Counted from the stretch's first letter, positions 30,947-41,187 are shown. The stretch is DNA of 64,000 nt from an uncultured Nitrospiraceae bacterium (GCA_963846575.1 CAWJWJ010000002.1:864001-928000), one strand, 5' to 3'. Numbers and translations: made by a program. The notes: generated by a model not told the origin, from the letters alone.

Positions 30947-32242
30947 CTATTCCAGGAGTTGGGAAAAGGCAGTGGCCAGGCCGAGGAAACTGAAGAATCC
31001 GACGATATCCGTCACGGTGGTAAGGATAATGGACGAGGATTGCGCCGGGTCCTGGTTGAGAGATTTCAGAATCAGGGGAATCACGGCTCCGGACAGACCG
31101 GCGATGCACATGGACGCCACCATGGAACTCCCGATGATCATCGTGAGCCCGAGAGACCGGCTCCAGAGGTACACCGCGAGCGAGGTCGTCGCGGCGATGA
31201 CGATACCGTTGAGCAGCGCGACTCCCGCCTCCTTGGAGGTGACCCGCAGCCATTGCGCCGGTCGGATGTCGCGGAGGGCGAGCCCGCGCATCACCACCGC
31301 CAGCGATTGCGCGCCGGTATTGCCCGATTGGCCGGCGACCACCGGAAGCAGGACCGCCAGCGCGGTAAACTTGGCAATGACATCTTCGAACATGCCGACC
31401 ACGAAGGCCGCCAGGAAGGCCGTCACCAGATTCACTTCCAGCCACCCGAGACGCTTCCGCACCGAAAACCAGACCGGCGACAGGGCGCGCTCATCCCGGC
31501 TGGCGCCGACCATGGTTTGCAGGTCCGCGGTGGCTTCCTCCTGACTGGCCTTGATGATGTCTTCGTTCTTGATCACGCCGAGCAGCCGTTCGTCCAGATC
31601 CACGACCGGAATGGTCATGAATCGTTGGGCTGCGAACAGGTCGACGATCTGTTCGCGATTCTCCATCGGATGGATATGCGTGACGTCCCGCCGCATGACT
31701 GACTGCAATCGCTCATCCGCATCGAGCAAGAGCAGATCCCGCATGGACAGCAAACCCACGAGGTGCCGGCGACGGTCGATCACATAGATGTCGTGCAGGT
31801 CCTTGGGGGCATGTACGCGCACATGCCGCACCGCCTCTTCCACCGTGAAGTCTTCGGGCAACGCAAACGCCCTGGCATCCATCAGGCTGCCCACCGATTC
31901 GGGCGGGTACTCCATAAATAACCGAATGTCTTTGGCCAGCTGGCGCGGGAGATGGCGCAACAGGGCCTGTTGCCGTTTCTTTTTCAGCCGCAACAGGAGG
32001 TTGGCGGAATCTCCGGGAGAGAGCCACCGGAGCGTCTGCGTCCCGACTTCATCCGGTAGACGATCCAACGTATCGGCCGCCACGGGGGGATTCATCGAGG
32101 AGAGGAGTTCGGCGACGATCCGGGGAGGGGTGGTTTCCACGAGGTGGACGATGTCATCCGGATCGAACGATTCCAGCAGTTGCCCGGCTTCCTCCGCATG
32201 GTCGACGAAAAACGCTTCATGAAGTTTTTGGTGGAGTGCCAT
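30947..32242 (-). CDS. mgtE: Magnesium transporter MgtE
   Basis: YPPESVGSLM CBS pair, KRLGWL, GQSGNTGAQ, DPAQSSSIILTTVTD. Confidence 0.95.
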   Translation of the reverse strand: MALHQKLHEAFFVDHAEEAGQLLESFDPDDIVHLVETTPPRIVAELLSSMNPPVAADTLDRLPDEVGTQTLRWLSPGDSANLLLRLKKKRQQALLRHLPRQLAKDIRLFMEYPPESVGSLMDARAFALPEDFTVEEAVRHVRVHAPKDLHDIYVIDRRRHLVGLLSMRDLLLLDADERLQSVMRRDVTHIHPMENREQIVDLFAAQRFMTIPVVDLDERLLGVIKNEDIIKASQEEATADLQTMVGASRDERALSPVWFSVRKRLGWLEVNLVTAFLAAFVVGMFEDVIAKFTALAVLLPVVAGQSGNTGAQSLAVVMRGLALRDIRPAQWLRVTSKEAGVALLNGIVIAATTSLAVYLWSRSLGLTMIIGSSMVASMCIAGLSGAVIPLILKSLNQDPAQSSSIILTTVTDIVGFFSFLGLATAFSQLLE

Positions 32243-33110
32243 CGGGGGTCTCGCCTTCCTGGTGCAGCAAAGGCGCTGCATCCGATACTGTCGTACCGAC
32301 TGCCTGCGCCACATCGGTCATGATGTGCAGGCCGATCAGTGCATAGGCTTCCCACATCTGCAACAGGGCCTCGGGAAGGGACCCTCCCGTGGGCCGCACC
32401 TCGGACCGGTCGCCGATCTGCCGAAGCGTCCGGTATCGGAGCGCCCCGAGAAAATGTCCTTCCCGGTCGACGACCGGAAGGGTGTGGTAGAGCTGCCAAT
32501 TGGGGTTTTGCAACAACTCCCCTTCGGTGGCCTCGGCGGTCACAGTTTCCAGCTGGTTTCTCATGATGGTGGCCACCAACTCGTCGGGAGCCGCCACTAC
32601 CAGTTCTTTCGTGGTCACCAGGCCGACGAGCACGCCATCCCGTTCGACGACGTATTGGTAGTAGGTGGCCCGTCGGGGGTCGCGCTTGATGCGGTCGATC
32701 GCCGCCGATACCGCGATGTCGGGCGGCAGGGTGACGACACGAGGGTCGGACAGGCTCGCGGCGGTGCCTTCAGGATAGGTCACGCTCAACCGGAGACCGG
32801 GGCCGACGGTCTGATCCAGGGAGGCGAGCAGGTCTCCCTGCAAGGCCGGCTCGAATTGGCGCAGGATCCCGGTCGCAGCGTGGGTGGGCAGTGTTGCAAG
32901 GATGTCCACGGCTTGTTTCTGAGGCAATAACAACAGGACCGGGGCAGCCAGGTCCGGGGAGAATTGTTCGAGCACCCGAGCCGAGTCCTGCGCGGCAAAC
33001 TCCGCCATGACGGCGGCGATGTCCACCGCGGTCCAGTTCTCCATATGTTTGGTGGCTTCGAGCGGGTAGGCCCTGAGATAGGTCAATGTTAAGCGTGCGT
33101 CCGCGTCCAT
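32217..33110 (-). CDS. Soluble MgtE N-terminal/CBS-domain protein (no transporter TM domain)
   Basis: Helical MgtE_N-like repeats, YPEGTAASL, LPVVDREGHFLG; overlaps mgtE start. Confidence 0.8.
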   Translation of the reverse strand: MDADARLTLTYLRAYPLEATKHMENWTAVDIAAVMAEFAAQDSARVLEQFSPDLAAPVLLLLPQKQAVDILATLPTHAATGILRQFEPALQGDLLASLDQTVGPGLRLSVTYPEGTAASLSDPRVVTLPPDIAVSAAIDRIKRDPRRATYYQYVVERDGVLVGLVTTKELVVAAPDELVATIMRNQLETVTAEATEGELLQNPNWQLYHTLPVVDREGHFLGALRYRTLRQIGDRSEVRPTGGSLPEALLQMWEAYALIGLHIMTDVAQAVGTTVSDAAPLLHQEGETPDGTPPKTS

Positions 33111-33113
33111 AGT

Positions 33114-33943
33114 TTACCTGGGATTTTCGATGGTCGCGCTGGACTCCTGAAAACTGGACGCCGGCACGACGACGCGGCCTCTCGGCGTATCGACGACGAT
33201 GGCGACCGGGGTGAGGGCGACGATCTGTCCTTGTACGTCAGCCACGCGGATCGTCTGTCCCACCCGGAACAACGGGTGGAGATAGTGCGCGGCGATCAGG
33301 TTGGCCACGGCGCTCCGGGCCCCCAGTCCAAAGGACAGGGCGGCGCCCGCGATCAATCCGCCGAAGGCGATCATGATCGTGCTGTTCAGCAGCGTCGTGT
33401 CGATCCCCAATTCGTTGATCCCCGTCACGAAGACGACCAGAATGGCCGCGACATAAAAGGTCTGGGACACGATCGCGCCTTGGGCGACGCCGGCCGAACT
33501 GCAGGCCAGGGCAATGAGATCCTTGATATAGCCGGCCGCCAACATGCCCAATACGATGATGAGGATCGCGGTGCCGATCCGGGAAGGTAGAAGGCAAAGG
33601 TGGTGAGGGCTTCCGACACGGCCGGAAGGCCGATCGTTTCGGTGGCCGAGATGCCGAAGAGCAGAAAGATGAGCCAGAAGACCAGCAGGCCGAGAATGTC
33701 GGCGCTGGTCCTGTTGCCTTCGGCTTTCGCCAGGAGGGTTTGGATCGGCGTCTTGGCGAGGAGGCGATTGAAGCCGATCAGCTTCAGCAGTGCCGCCGTT
33801 CCCGCCGCGACCATCCGGGCCAGGAGATATCCGGCCAACAGGAGAAGGACCGCGCCGAGCAGTTTGGGCAGGAATGCGACGATCATGGCGAGGCTTGCTG
33901 CCACCGACTCTCGAAAGATGTCCAGCCAGTCGCGAAAGTTCAC
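33114..33943 (-). pseudogene. Small-conductance mechanosensitive channel (MscS/TM_helix type), split by a -1 frameshift at about 33581
   Basis: 5' frame FLPKLLGA..FAFYLP joins 3' frame RIGTAIL..FGLGAR..FRVGQTI; one C missing from a C-run restores it. Confidence 0.8.
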
Positions 33944-34218
33944 CTGGTTCCCTTTCCGGCGCATGACGCGCTGCGCGCCGCAGCCAAAGGTGGAGGATGC
34001 CGCGCCAGTATGCCTGAGTACGTGAGGGAAAGCAGCCCACCGTACCGGGTCGGAGCATCGTGGCCCAGGGAGTTTGCGTCACCCTCGGCGGGGAGTTCCT
34101 GGCGCTCCGTGTGGAGAAGCGGCGACCGGATCGTGCCTCATCCCGGGAATGTGTAGAATATCGGGATAACGATGCCTCTGATTTCCCGGCCTGCCCTCTT
34201 GCGTCCTTGGAGGACCCT

Positions 34219-35472
34219 ATGGATACACATACAGTTCGGATAACGCCTGACAGAGACGAGAGTCAGCCGGGCTTCGGATCGTTCCGGGCTGCGGCTCCTT
34301 ACGCGGCATCCGTGAACTCATTGTGGCCGGAGCCCTGGCCATCGTCTGGGCTGTATTGCCTGCCACGCCGGCCGGGGCAAATCATTCCGGTCACGCCGGT
34401 CAGCACGAGCCGGACATGTCACCCGTGACCGGTGCCGGACATTCGATCCCGGGCGCAGCCTTGGAGGTGTTTCTAGGGCCAGGCAAAGAATCTCGCGAGG
34501 GCCCCGGACTCGACCGGGACCAGGCCGATGCGGCCGTCCGGACTGTCATCCAGGCCTTCACCCACATGTTGCAGCACCGGACGGACTATCCGCGATTTGA
34601 TGAAAGCCTCAAGAAGAGGCACTACAGCAGGTCATTGTCGAGCCGTTCGTGGTCAATCAGGAGGGCAAAGAGTTCCCATTTTTGGTTGCGCGGACGAAGA
34701 AGCCGGGAAAGTCAGACTCCTGATCAGCGCCTCGTCGCTGAAGGAGAAGGACTTCCTGGACCATCCGGACCGGCTTGTCCCGGTCTTGGCCAGAGAGTTC
34801 CAATGGGTCGTCAGCAAAGCGGATACGGCGCCCAAAGCGACATCCGTCGCGGTCGAACGCGATCTCATCCATGCACCGGTACGTCCGGATCAGGATATTC
34901 TGTCTCTTCCGCCCGAGGCTCGGCTGCAGGTGCTACAAGGATTGTTCGACAGGTATCTGCGGACCGTGGATGACCAGAACAGTTTGAACGGACAATCGTA
35001 TTACGAGGTGGGGAGTACGAGCCTGGTGGCGCCGGCTCAACCGGAGTCCACGACCAGGTTGTACGACATCCGGGTTCGGGAAGCGCTGCAGAAGATCGTG
35101 CACGATCCCTATTTCGCGGAAAATCAGCCTCAAGCCGTGCGAAGCCTGTTGAATGGAAAAATCTGGAATGTCGCCTTCGTCAAGATCGATCAGCGGGATT
35201 GGGCCACGCGGACCAGGGTGCTGCCGGAAAATAAATCGGTGGTGGTCGGCGAACGGGCGCACCCTGTCCAGCCCGCGTCCATTCTGGTGAATACCTATCG
35301 GACGGCATCGCCGGACGATCCGTTTTATCCGGACAGCGGAGGATTGCCGATGGGGGCACTCTCGGCGGATCGGCTGGCGCGGGTCATCGCATCCGAAATT
35401 GAGCACAATATTCATGAGAAATCACTCAGCGGCCACGTGGCCCAGGATGCACTCTCCGCCCCCTCCAAGTGA
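34219..35472 (+). pseudogene. Exported hypothetical protein interrupted by about three -1 frameshifts
   Basis: GGAGG-ATG at 34219; coding-like segments pass through all frames (signal-like LIVAGALAIVWA; EALQQVIVEPFVVNQEGKEFPFLVART; GKVRLLISAS..). Confidence 0.6.
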
Positions 35473-35714
35473 TGGTCGGACAGAGTCACGCTGTTGCAAC
35501 CGGCAAAGGGCACAGGCCGCTGCTTGTTGCCGATGGATGGAACATTCGAATCAGAATGCTCAACGGCCCGGCGCCTCCCGCAGCGCCGGAGGAGTGGACC
35601 GCAAAGACCCTGAGCACGTACAATACGCATCCGCGGTCGCTATTCCTCTCGCCCTCACGGTGCTCCGGAAGCGTCCTACTCGCGTACTATCAACATGACC
35701 AGGAAGGGATCGTC

Positions 35715-36806
35715 ATGAGTGTGAAATGTGGAATCGTCGGGCTGCCCAATGTGGGCAAGTCCACCTTGTTTAATGCGCTCACCAAATCGGGGATTGCGGC
35801 GGAGAATTATCCGTTCTGTACCATCGAGCCGAACATCGGCATCGTGGAGGTCCCCGATGCTCGGATTCAGGCCCTGGCCGATATCGTCAAGCCGCAGCGG
35901 GTGCAGTATGCGACGACTGAGTTCGTGGATATCGCCGGGCTCGTGGCCGGTGCCTCGAAGGGCGAAGGCCTGGGTAATCAATTCCTGGCCAATATTCGCG
36001 AAACCGACGGGATCGTGAACGTGGTGCGCTGCTTTGAAGATGACAATGTGGTTCACGTCTCGGGCAAGGTCGACCCGATCTCGGACATCGGGACGATCGT
36101 GACGGAATTGGCCCTGGCAGACCTCACGACGGTGGAGAAAGCTCAAGAGCGGAACATGAAGGTCATTCGCTCGGGGGATAAGGATGCCGCGAAACTGGGT
36201 GAGGTGCTGGTGCAGGTGGCCGCCTGTTTGAACGAGGGGAAGCCGGCACGCACGCTCAAACTGGACGCCGCGCAACGTCTCTTGCTGAGGCCGCTCTGTC
36301 TGCTCACGATGAAACCCGTGATGTATGTGGCCAACGTGTCGGAAAAGGGATTCAAAAACAATCCTCTGCTGGCTGCCGTGGAGGACTATGCCGCTCGCGA
36401 GGGCGCGCCCGTCGTCGCCATCTGCGCGGCGCTGGAATCGGAGATTGCAGTGCTCTCCGACGAGGAGAAACGGGAGTTCCTCGTCGACATCGGCATGACC
36501 GAACCCGGCCTCAACCGCCTGATTCGCGCGGCCTACCAGCTCTTGGGCTTACAGACGTATTTCACGGCGGGGGTCAAGGAAGTCCGCGCCTGGACGATTC
36601 ATATTGGTGACACCGCTCCACAGGCGGCCGGCGTGATTCATGGTGATTTCGAAAAGGGTTTCATCCGCGCGGAAGTCATCGGGTACGACGACTTTATCGG
36701 GTGCAAAGGGGAAGCGGGGGCGAAGGAGAAAGGAAAGATGCGGCTGGAAGGGAAAGAGTATGTGGTGCAGAACGGCGACGTGATGCACTTCCGCTTCAAC
36801 GTGTAA
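35715..36806 (+). CDS. ychF: Ribosome-binding ATPase YchF
   Basis: [40 protein letters not shown] domain ending FRFNV. Confidence 0.97.
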   Translation: MSVKCGIVGLPNVGKSTLFNALTKSGIAAENYPFCTIEPNIGIVEVPDARIQALADIVKPQRVQYATTEFVDIAGLVAGASKGEGLGNQFLANIRETDGIVNVVRCFEDDNVVHVSGKVDPISDIGTIVTELALADLTTVEKAQERNMKVIRSGDKDAAKLGEVLVQVAACLNEGKPARTLKLDAAQRLLLRPLCLLTMKPVMYVANVSEKGFKNNPLLAAVEDYAAREGAPVVAICAALESEIAVLSDEEKREFLVDIGMTEPGLNRLIRAAYQLLGLQTYFTAGVKEVRAWTIHIGDTAPQAAGVIHGDFEKGFIRAEVIGYDDFIGCKGEAGAKEKGKMRLEGKEYVVQNGDVMHFRFNV

Positions 36807-36826
36807 CGGCCCGCAACCCATCCATC

Positions 36827-37393
36827 GTGGCATCGGCATTTTCGCATGCGCTCGTGGCCCTGGGGATGGGCAAGGTCTCCCCCCATGCCGTCATGGACCG
36901 CCGCGCCCTGTTGCTGGGTGCCCTCTGCGCGGTGCTGCCGGATCTCGACGTGATCGGATTCGGATATGGCATTCAGTACGGCGACCTGTGGGGACATCGC
37001 GGGCTGACGCATTCGCTGGCCTTTGCCGCGCTGTTGAGCGCAGGCCTCGTGGCCCTGTTGTACGGACGGGAATCCGGTGCGGTCAGGCGAGGCATGGGCC
37101 TCTATCTCTTTCTCTGTACCGCTTCACACGGGATGCTCGATGCGCTGACCGATGGAGGGTTGGGTGTCGCGTTTTTCTCCCCCTTTGATCCGACTCGATA
37201 CTTTTTCCCATTCCGGCCCGTGGCGGTGTCCCCCATCGGCGTCCGTGAGTTTTTTGACGAACAGGGTCTGGCGGTGCTGGTCAGCGAAGTGACATGGATC
37301 TGGCTCCCCGCCGGTCTGTTGTTCTGGGGCCTTCGAGCCGCGAAAGCGGTGTGGTTGCGCAGGCGCGCTCCACTGGCCTCTCCCGCCGAGTGA
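36827..37393 (+). CDS. Inner-membrane metal-dependent hydrolase (YbcI/YdjM family)
   Basis: SH..LPDLD..GHRGLTHS..SHGMLDALTDGG..RYFFPFRP. Confidence 0.9.
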   Translation: MASAFSHALVALGMGKVSPHAVMDRRALLLGALCAVLPDLDVIGFGYGIQYGDLWGHRGLTHSLAFAALLSAGLVALLYGRESGAVRRGMGLYLFLCTASHGMLDALTDGGLGVAFFSPFDPTRYFFPFRPVAVSPIGVREFFDEQGLAVLVSEVTWIWLPAGLLFWGLRAAKAVWLRRRAPLASPAE

Positions 37394-37426
37394 ACGGAGC
37401 CTGCGCCGGTTCCCTCCGGAGGGCGA

Positions 37427-37870
37427 TCAGGGAGACTTCATTTCCAGCCGCACCCGGTCGATGGACCAGCGGAGGTCCTTCAATGGAAGGTTGTGCCCAT
37501 CCAGCGCCTCGACTTCGATGATGACTTGGGGGGTGCGTTCACGGCCTCCGGTGATCGTCTTCAGAGCCTGCGTCACGTCCAGGCGAATGAGGGGCAGGCG
37601 TCGTGGCTCCGACATGGTTGGTCGCGCCGCCACGATGCCTGCCGAGCCCAGGACCACGGTCTGGTGCCGGTCCGTTACGCTGATCACGCGAAGCTTGAGA
37701 GGTTGATCTCCCGGAACAGTCACTCCCTCCAACACAAGGTGAATCCTGCTCGCGTCCGAGGATGCCGGCGGCAAGGCCAGGGTGAACCGGGGATTTCCTT
37801 CATCGGCATGAACCGGCATGCAAAAGCTCGCGATCAGGAACAGCGTGGTGAACGCCACTTGTCTCGTCAT
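37427..37870 (-). CDS. Exported protein resembling the C-terminal (KFDV-like) domain of polyphenol oxidases
   Basis: Sec signal (VHA-D); LVLEGV..LKLRV..LGSAGIV..IRLDVTQAL..SIDRVRLE pattern; ATGA overlap with the PPO stop. Confidence 0.65.
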   Translation of the reverse strand: MTRQVAFTTLFLIASFCMPVHADEGNPRFTLALPPASSDASRIHLVLEGVTVPGDQPLKLRVISVTDRHQTVVLGSAGIVAARPTMSEPRRLPLIRLDVTQALKTITGGRERTPQVIIEVEALDGHNLPLKDLRWSIDRVRLEMKSP

Positions 37871-39303
37871 TTGTCCTCGCGTTCCACCTCCGCGACTGTG
37901 AGATGGACGTCCTTCGCTCGCACGGGAATCACCGTGCGAGTTTGAGTCTTGTCCGTTCGTTCTACCAAAGCAAGCCGCACAGGGCCTTGCATGCCGCTTA
38001 ATGCATCGAGCATTGGCAGGGACAGATTCATGGCCACGTTCCGAGCCTGTTTGGAGGTATGGCGTCCTTCCCGATCGCTCAGGACGACCGGGACCGTCCC
38101 CAGATAGCCCTTGCTGCCTGGACCCTCGTCAGCCTTGGCTGCCTCCGGCGTGGCATACAATCGATAGACCGCACTCTTCTTCAATGGCAAGGAGAGCGCA
38201 GTCAGGTGGAGCCGCGCCCGTCCCCCCTGTTCCAGCATCTTCACGATCTTATCACGCGTAGCGCGGGCCACCGTCACCGTGTTGCTGATGCGCCAATCAG
38301 TGCGGATCACTATCCAGTCCAGGAGGCAGGGCAAAATCTCAAAGAACCGCGAGGGGCCATAACTGTATCGCAACTGGTTTTCGTGGTTCAGCACCTGTGC
38401 CGCCGTAATCGAACGCCAGACTTTATTTTCATCGAAAAAGTTCCAGGTCAGATTGAGGAAGGCGCTGTCGGTGGAGTTCGTGTGGCTCGAGGAGGCCTTG
38501 TTCCAGTCGGACCAGATCTTGTCCACGTTGGCATGGTGGGCGTAAAACACGGGATCCTTGCCTGCTGAGTCGAAGAACCCCATGTCGCCGCCCACATCGA
38601 CATGTACGGAGCCGTGCGGTGCGCCCTCGGGGATGCCGCTGCCTCCGGCCGTTCCGCCGAACTCGGCGAACGTTCCGGCGTTGAGCGCCGCGTCCATCAC
38701 AGTGTCTCCCACATCTTCGTCCGGAATCACGTCAGTCGGGCTCATGGTTCGAGTGCCGTTCCACAGTGGATTGCTGCCATCGTTGGGAGACGTGTACCCG
38801 CCTGGAAGGGTGCGATGGGCCGGACTGTCCCAATCCCAGTAAGGGAGCCGGAAGTTCATATCGCCGATGAGTTTGCCGAGTATCCGTTCATGAAAATACA
38901 GGTAGGCCCGGTGCCATGCAAAAAACTGCCAGGAGAAATGCACCTGCGTACCCTCGCCACAATACCAGCAATGGATGTTCGCCTGGCGTGTGAACCCTCG
39001 CGGATCGGCGGGGTCGCTCGTGTCCAGGGCGCGCATGGCCTGATAGGCCTCCTTTAATTTTTTGAGTTCATCGGCGCCGAGGGTCGAGGCCGGTCGTCGA
39101 GGCTGTATGATGCGGCAATCCTTTCGCCACCGTTTCGCCGTGCCGGGATTCCCGGGCGGCTCACAAACGGCCAGGACCGATTGCGGTAGCGCCAGGCCTG
39201 CGAACAGGCTCACACCGAGTGCACCTGCGCCAAATCCGAGTTGGCGCAGGAATGCTCTGCGCGACGACATACCTGCGTTAGGGTTGTGTGTACCGGTGGA
39301 CAT
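37867..39303 (-). CDS. Tat-exported type-3 copper polyphenol oxidase/tyrosinase, plant-PPO-like
   Basis: SRRAFL Tat motif; CuA HCWYC..QVHFSW..WHRAYLYFHERIL; CuB PHGSVH..DMG..DPVFYAHHANVD; GGAGG RBS. Confidence 0.92.
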   Translation of the reverse strand: MSTGTHNPNAGMSSRRAFLRQLGFGAGALGVSLFAGLALPQSVLAVCEPPGNPGTAKRWRKDCRIIQPRRPASTLGADELKKLKEAYQAMRALDTSDPADPRGFTRQANIHCWYCGEGTQVHFSWQFFAWHRAYLYFHERILGKLIGDMNFRLPYWDWDSPAHRTLPGGYTSPNDGSNPLWNGTRTMSPTDVIPDEDVGDTVMDAALNAGTFAEFGGTAGGSGIPEGAPHGSVHVDVGGDMGFFDSAGKDPVFYAHHANVDKIWSDWNKASSSHTNSTDSAFLNLTWNFFDENKVWRSITAAQVLNHENQLRYSYGPSRFFEILPCLLDWIVIRTDWRISNTVTVARATRDKIVKMLEQGGRARLHLTALSLPLKKSAVYRLYATPEAAKADEGPGSKGYLGTVPVVLSDREGRHTSKQARNVAMNLSLPMLDALSGMQGPVRLALVERTDKTQTRTVIPVRAKDVHLTVAEVEREDK

Positions 39304-39394
39304 TGACCGACCTCCTCTGTGGTTGGATTGAACGTGAATGGCCGACGTGCAGGAAGATCTTCCTCGCTGGCACGCGTCGGACCAATGGAGATGC

Positions 39395-39410
39395 ATCAAT
39401 AAGCGTGCCT
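39395..39410 (-). promoter_or_regulatory. Possible sigma-54 promoter upstream of the PPO
   Basis: Minus strand AGGCACGCTTATTGAT; good -24 box, -12 reads TTGA instead of TTGC. Confidence 0.3.
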
Positions 39411-39708
39411 AGCGGGCAGTGAGATCATGAGTCTTCCAGGAAATCACGTGGACGCCACACCAGGTCATCGCCGCAGCTCCATCTTCGCGCTGGTGTATCT
39501 GATGCGATACGGGCCATGACCGATTGGATACAGTGTGGAACCCGGTGAGCCCCTGCGTAGTTCTACAACCCATGTGTTGACAGGCTTCCCGGCTCGGGCT
39601 AGCCTGCATCGTCTTTCGCCCGGGGGCCCACGCCTGCTGATGCGGTGCCTCGAGCACCACCGCAGCAGTACGTAGACCGGCGTTGCCTCATTCTCACAGG
39701 AGACCGCC

Positions 39709-41187
39709 ATGCCAGAGTCTCTTTCGCCCGGAATCTACGTCCCTGAAATCCAGGCCGGAAGCCAGGCGATCACAGGTGTGGCGACTGGCACGGGGGGATT
39801 TCTCGGCATCGCCGAGCGTGGGCCGACAGTGCCGACTCTCGTGTCGAGCGTTGCTGAGTATCGCGCAATGTTTGGAGACTACGTGATGGATGGCGCGCAG
39901 GACCGTTACTTGACCTACGCCGTCGAGGGCTACTTTCAAAACGGGGGGCGGCGCTGTTATGTCCAACGGGTGTGTGGAAGAGGGGCCGCGGCGGCCGGCG
40001 CGACGGTCTCCGGGAAGCTCAGGGTTTCCGCGGTTGGGCCTGGAGCCTGGGGAAATCGCATTGCGGTGGACATCCTACCGGCGGGGTCGCGCCATCTGTT
40101 CGGACTCACGGTGAGGTATTGGGGTCCCCATACCATCCACCCGGGCGAAGCCACTGTCCGCGAAGAGTACGCCCATCTATCGTCGGACGAAGCGTCGCCG
40201 GACTTCTATGTGAAGAGGGTCAATGGCACGTCACGTCTGGTGAGGCTTGAAAGGGCGGGCAGGGGCGGTCGTCCGGCAGCCGCCACGGAACGATGGTTGT
40301 TTCGAGGGAGGGACGGCGGGGCCTGTGCCGACAGTGACTGTCAGGCGGCCCTGGATCTCCTTGGGCAGGTGGATGAGATCGCTCTAGTCTGTTGTCCGGA
40401 TGAGCCGGGTTTCCCATCCGTCACGGGGCAGCTGCTGGAGCACTGTGCACGCCTCAAGGATCGATTCGCCATCCTGCAGGCTCCGCTGTCGGTTCCCGAC
40501 CTGCTGCATCACCGGCCTCCACGTGATTCGCGCTACGGGGCCTATTACCTGCCCTGGGTGCGCGTCAGGCATGCCATGAATGGCCGGGAAGTACTCGTTC
40601 CACCGGGAGGGCACATCGCGGGTATCTATGCCAGGACGGACCAGGAGCGAGGAGTGCACAAGGCTCCCGCGAATGAAGCGGTTCGTGGTCTGCTGGCCGA
40701 TCCGCTGGATCCTGAGCGAGGACTAGCCCTCCGGATCACTCAGGCGCAACAGGAAGCGCTTCATCCGCAGGGAGTCAATCTGCTCCGGTATTTTCCGGGG
40801 AAAGGAGTCCTCCTGTGGGGGGCGAGGACAATGGCATCGGATCCGGAATGGAGGTATGTGAACGTCCGGCGGTTGCTCATCTTCGTCGAAGCCTCCATCA
40901 GAAAGGCCATCGGATGGGTGGTCTGTGAGCCCAATGAGGAGCCGTTGTGGGCGACGCTGCGGAGCAGCGTCGGTAATTTCCTCACGGAGTTGTGGAGAGC
41001 CGGCATGTTTCAGGGACAAACTCCGGATGAAGCGTTTTTTGTGAAGTGTGATCGAACGACGATGACCCCAGCCGATCTCGACCAGGGCAGGCTCGTTCTG
41101 GTGATCGGCATTGCTCCGATCAAACCGGCCGAATTTGTCGTCTTTCGAGTCGGACAGTGGGCCGGAGGATCCGACCTGACCGAATGA
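39709..41187 (+). CDS. Contractile tail sheath protein (phage/eCIS type), orphan
   Basis: SPGIYVPEI, YFQNGGRRCY, GIYARTDQERGVHKAPANE, WGART..WRYVNVRR, APIKPAEFVVFR. Confidence 0.93.
   Translation: MPESLSPGIYVPEIQAGSQAITGVATGTGGFLGIAERGPTVPTLVSSVAEYRAMFGDYVMDGAQDRYLTYAVEGYFQNGGRRCYVQRVCGRGAAAAGATVSGKLRVSAVGPGAWGNRIAVDILPAGSRHLFGLTVRYWGPHTIHPGEATVREEYAHLSSDEASPDFYVKRVNGTSRLVRLERAGRGGRPAAATERWLFRGRDGGACADSDCQAALDLLGQVDEIALVCCPDEPGFPSVTGQLLEHCARLKDRFAILQAPLSVPDLLHHRPPRDSRYGAYYLPWVRVRHAMNGREVLVPPGGHIAGIYARTDQERGVHKAPANEAVRGLLADPLDPERGLALRITQAQQEALHPQGVNLLRYFPGKGVLLWGARTMASDPEWRYVNVRRLLIFVEASIRKAIGWVVCEPNEEPLWATLRSSVGNFLTELWRAGMFQGQTPDEAFFVKCDRTTMTPADLDQGRLVLVIGIAPIKPAEFVVFRVGQWAGGSDLTE

Noticed and set aside
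33965..34218. Possible M-box (Mg2+) riboswitch upstream of the mscS-mgtE operon
   Set aside because: No recognisable ykoK consensus segments on the minus strand
39709..41187. Prophage or complete eCIS/T6SS locus
   Set aside because: Only the sheath is present; no tube, baseplate, capsid, terminase or integrase in the window
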